Shown: positions 62,401-64,000 of the stretch, piece by piece
Layout: each line of letters begins with the position of its first letter
Numbering within the stretch: the first letter of the stretch is position 1
From: a virus
Taxonomy: Duplodnaviria > Heunggongvirae > Uroviricota > Caudoviricetes
DNA: 64,000 nt
Direction: 5' to 3' (one strand)
Virus record (IMG/VR): IMGVR_UViG_3300035501_000704
Location: 1-64,000 of that record
The notes under the pieces: generated by a model
What the model was told of the DNA's origin: nothing
Seen by the model: the letters and a program-made list of their open reading frames with translations, nothing else
Databases searched by the model: none
Position numbers and translations under genes: made by a program

Positions 62401-63856
62401 CAAATGCAAATCCAATGATTCTTATAATTGACTTGAATTTTTCTCCATTATCAACATATTCATTATCTGTATCATTATCATGCCCATTAAAGTTTCTCGT
62501 CCAATCGAAATTCTTTAATGATTCATGCGTCATAAGACGATACATATTATCAGTGAATATTTCATCATATCTCAATGCAATTTTTGCTAATCTCTTAACA
62601 TAAGATTCCATAGCAATACTGCTTGAATCAATATTATACCCACCATCATCTGTTGGTAATTCAAATCTCTCTGTTGATTTTCTTAATCCACTATCAGTTT
62701 CAGTTAATATCTCAAAGTTAGCAACGAATTTTGTATTACTATATTCGCCTAATAAGCATTTCTGAAATTGATTCATTCCATCTAAGAATTCATCATAAAA
62801 CCCTTCAGATTCTTTCGGTCTTATATGTAATTCTTCACTATATGTTTCACTACAACACTTAACGCCTACATTCTTGTCAGCAAAAGCATAGAGATTTATC
62901 AATCCTTTTCCATTATTGTACATAAGGCTAACAGAGCCTAAGAAATCTCCATCTTCTTGGCACATTTCATCCAAAACAATGAATGAACCATTGATATATC
63001 TTAAAAAGTATTTAGCGCCAAGCTTGAAATTATTCTTATCCTTATTATAGAATTTTACACTATATTTTGTTCTATTCCACACAATTGAAGTAAAAGTTGT
63101 TCCAGATTCTGTAATATGAAAATAAGTACTATTATTTATATATGAACTATCAGGCAATGTTAATACATTAACTCGCACATCTACACTCTTTGAAACAACA
63201 ATATCAGAAAGTTTAGCGGAATTTACACTTAATAGGCTTAAATCATATCTATTATCATCTGAATCAATTACTTCATAATTCTTATATCCACCATTAAGCA
63301 AATAATGTAATTCATTTGAATCATCATAATTTGTAGGATTCTCAGTATAAAAATCAATTAAAGCTGGATTACTTAATTCAAATAAACTATGGCCATCTAA
63401 TAACGTTGTTATTTTTTCACTAATATCTCTCTTTGGAATATAAATTTCATAAGGATATTTTTGAATAATACCACTAATAGATATTTCAACAAGACTATAT
63501 AAAGAACCATAACAAGCAAATGAACGTAAATCAACAAAATCATTCTTTAAAGTAATTGATGATTCAACAGAACCATTTACATCACTTGCATAATTCTCTA
63601 ATATTTGCTTATTCCATGTATCGCCACTCTCACTATTCTGATGCCATCCTTTTTTAATGATATGTTTTGTTGCTGTTACAGTATCATTAACGGTAATAAC
63701 AAAATTACCACTCTGATAAATAGGTGTCTGACCTGTTGCAAATGAATCAACACCACCAATGGTACTAATATCTCTTTCAAGAATTGTACCATTGTTTATC
63801 TCTTGGTGTTTTTGTGTGAGTCTATAATTGGAATGTGATTTTGTGTATTTCGCCAT
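59423..63856 (-). CDS. Large virion structural protein (1477 aa), baseplate or fibre candidate
   Basis: Long Asn/Tyr/Ser/Gly-rich ORF. Confidence 0.55.
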   Translation of the reverse strand: MAKYTKSHSNYRLTQKHQEINNGTILERDISTIGGVDSFATGQTPIYQSGNFVITVNDTVTATKHIIKKGWHQNSESGDTWNKQILENYASDVNGSVESSITLKNDFVDLRSFACYGSLYSLVEISISGIIQKYPYEIYIPKRDISEKITTLLDGHSLFELSNPALIDFYTENPTNYDDSNELHYLLNGGYKNYEVIDSDDNRYDLSLLSVNSAKLSDIVVSKSVDVRVNVLTLPDSSYINNSTYFHITESGTTFTSIVWNRTKYSVKFYNKDKNNFKLGAKYFLRYINGSFIVLDEMCQEDGDFLGSVSLMYNNGKGLINLYAFADKNVGVKCCSETYSEELHIRPKESEGFYDEFLDGMNQFQKCLLGEYSNTKFVANFEILTETDSGLRKSTERFELPTDDGGYNIDSSSIAMESYVKRLAKIALRYDEIFTDNMYRLMTHESLKNFDWTRNFNGHDNDTDNEYVDNGEKFKSIIRIIGFAFDNEKSYIDTIGNVNSISYDNRSNIPDYFLTDALSLDGWETTTIYPFELKFTDSEGNEVKENKDASIGSDERYQWDELQTGNTYTRSFYENNQDIIYPYGYSEGEFYQACVNGKPTLLSVPEDNDSSEYYVENGSVKNIIKDYSNQTEYTIPNINNEFMKRLKMNSRYILRKKGTIDSIESLLSLFGYRSKRWFDALNTTRVGEKYYSKYYNIEDKAPYDFDITEYTAFVEPIKESWDGVHDMYSIDFYNSQKKISYNTQTYINGEYVSYQGLPIAYRDVDDSYIDDDNKVNERRLYPNFDSDSIYDGGMYYQMNGGWLDYWPYSFDVSSTLIPNSIGKTNKETYRNVKQVKNLSELLSQRSSVLEDNVVFYVLDLSTNYAVIGGRIYELAQEVINNNIYYYFKIVVKLFGTSIGDYYFNQYIDTKNYSGETVTYDLTQCVDGTIIKIYYQPDDTEPFYIRGYSEKGLEITVWEGGALKKKRVSKGTLGAQEVNESETIFSGTKIFISGSCNSDKTIATNYFKLANKDYSRRLNSNGWVQLTKNNSEYIRLNTIVDNYKGNNPHSGCFSYDNGYEYISRFDRLFKYAYDNNLINTNCFTTPDDTMEEINSIGFSGLTSSNGYNYFKYLNKDGKVHSFVTTMDVNGNEIKYDLDSSKFISRNSNYDFVNQKENADGVTNQIINTKVIEIDFYLKGDDFYSTEFQEQAKYIQDKVMPYVEQLIPSTAIVRVNLNMNIFNWVYDYDTLNDNDGDEGIWHNYFYWKDEGIWESGSTKFSNYIAQAQLLRADIDANKSTYDVSTNTDMAMAQYIRSKTYTGTTWTIACGTLDSTFTSYLDTKYKDFATQSTLSLPNGEVLELPHFWAAVNGLYNGFGDLCGWAGDLVEYGADLQSDSTITFPNSGRFSKSDWIADADAYNIYQSYSSNIVEGMKNYYTRTLSEQYRINSFITEKTIYERYTSSKNSIYLSALVIQKGTSTTYVKMAAEKMQEYLDNNK

Positions 63857-63858
63857 GG

Positions 63859-64000
63859 TTAATCAGATACTTTATCTTCTAATGTTTGTGTTGAATCAAT
63901 ATTATTGCTTCTATTGTACTTCAATTCATATTGAGCACCATCTGAATCATCTGTTCTAAGTGTAGACAACTCATGTTGGGCAATAATATTACCACTTGTA
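63859..64000 (-). CDS. 3' end of a further minus-strand gene (5' end outside the window)
   Basis: Open minus-strand frame from the window end to a TAA at 63859–63861. Confidence 0.45.
   Translation of the reverse strand, partial: TSGNIIAQHELSTLRTDDSDGAQYELKYNRSNNIDSTQTLEDKVSD

Noticed and set aside
1-64000. Assignment to crAss-like phages (AT-rich, Bacteroidetes-like, giant proteins, DGR)
   Set aside because: A gp5/gpV-like baseplate hub, T4-type SbcCD, RuvC and multiple sigma factors fit a large contractile-tail-type phage rather than crAss-like. No giant RNAP-like protein was recognised. Taxonomy is left open.

Overview
AT-rich (about 30% GC) double-stranded DNA phage or prophage segment. 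Genes are densely packed, mostly on the minus strand, and lack Shine-Dalgarno sequences, which suggests a Bacteroidetes-type host. Content by position is as follows.

- **1–7143:** a giant tail-fibre-like gene truncated at the window edge, with an internally duplicated module.
- **7297–19228:** SSB, a GatB/YqeY-domain protein, a minimal ABC-type ATPase, PhoH, a gp5/gpV-like baseplate hub, large structural ORFs and a divergent sigma-like factor.
- **19407–29995:** an accessory block with 3–4 glycosyltransferases, small membrane proteins, an SPFH/prohibitin protein and a dUTPase.
- **30017–40147:** a complete diversity-generating retroelement (DGR). It comprises a DGR-type reverse transcriptase (signature IGNLTSQ plus YVDD), a template repeat (31471–31708) and an avd-like ORF. 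The variable repeat (33280–33519) lies at the C-terminus of a 2261-aa fibre-like target protein with a DUF1566/C-type-lectin-like end. Every TR/VR substitution maps to a template adenine, and there is also a one-codon length difference.
- **40351–52576:** small hypothetical genes and a highly expressed, compositionally atypical plus-strand structural gene with a strong terminator.
- **52622–59210:** a sigma-70 factor, SbcC (Rad50-like) and SbcD (Mre11-like) nucleases, a RuvC-like resolvase and a DnaG-like primase.
- **59423–64000:** a 1477-aa structural protein and the end of a further truncated gene.

All homology calls are from motif recognition by eye; no database searches were run.
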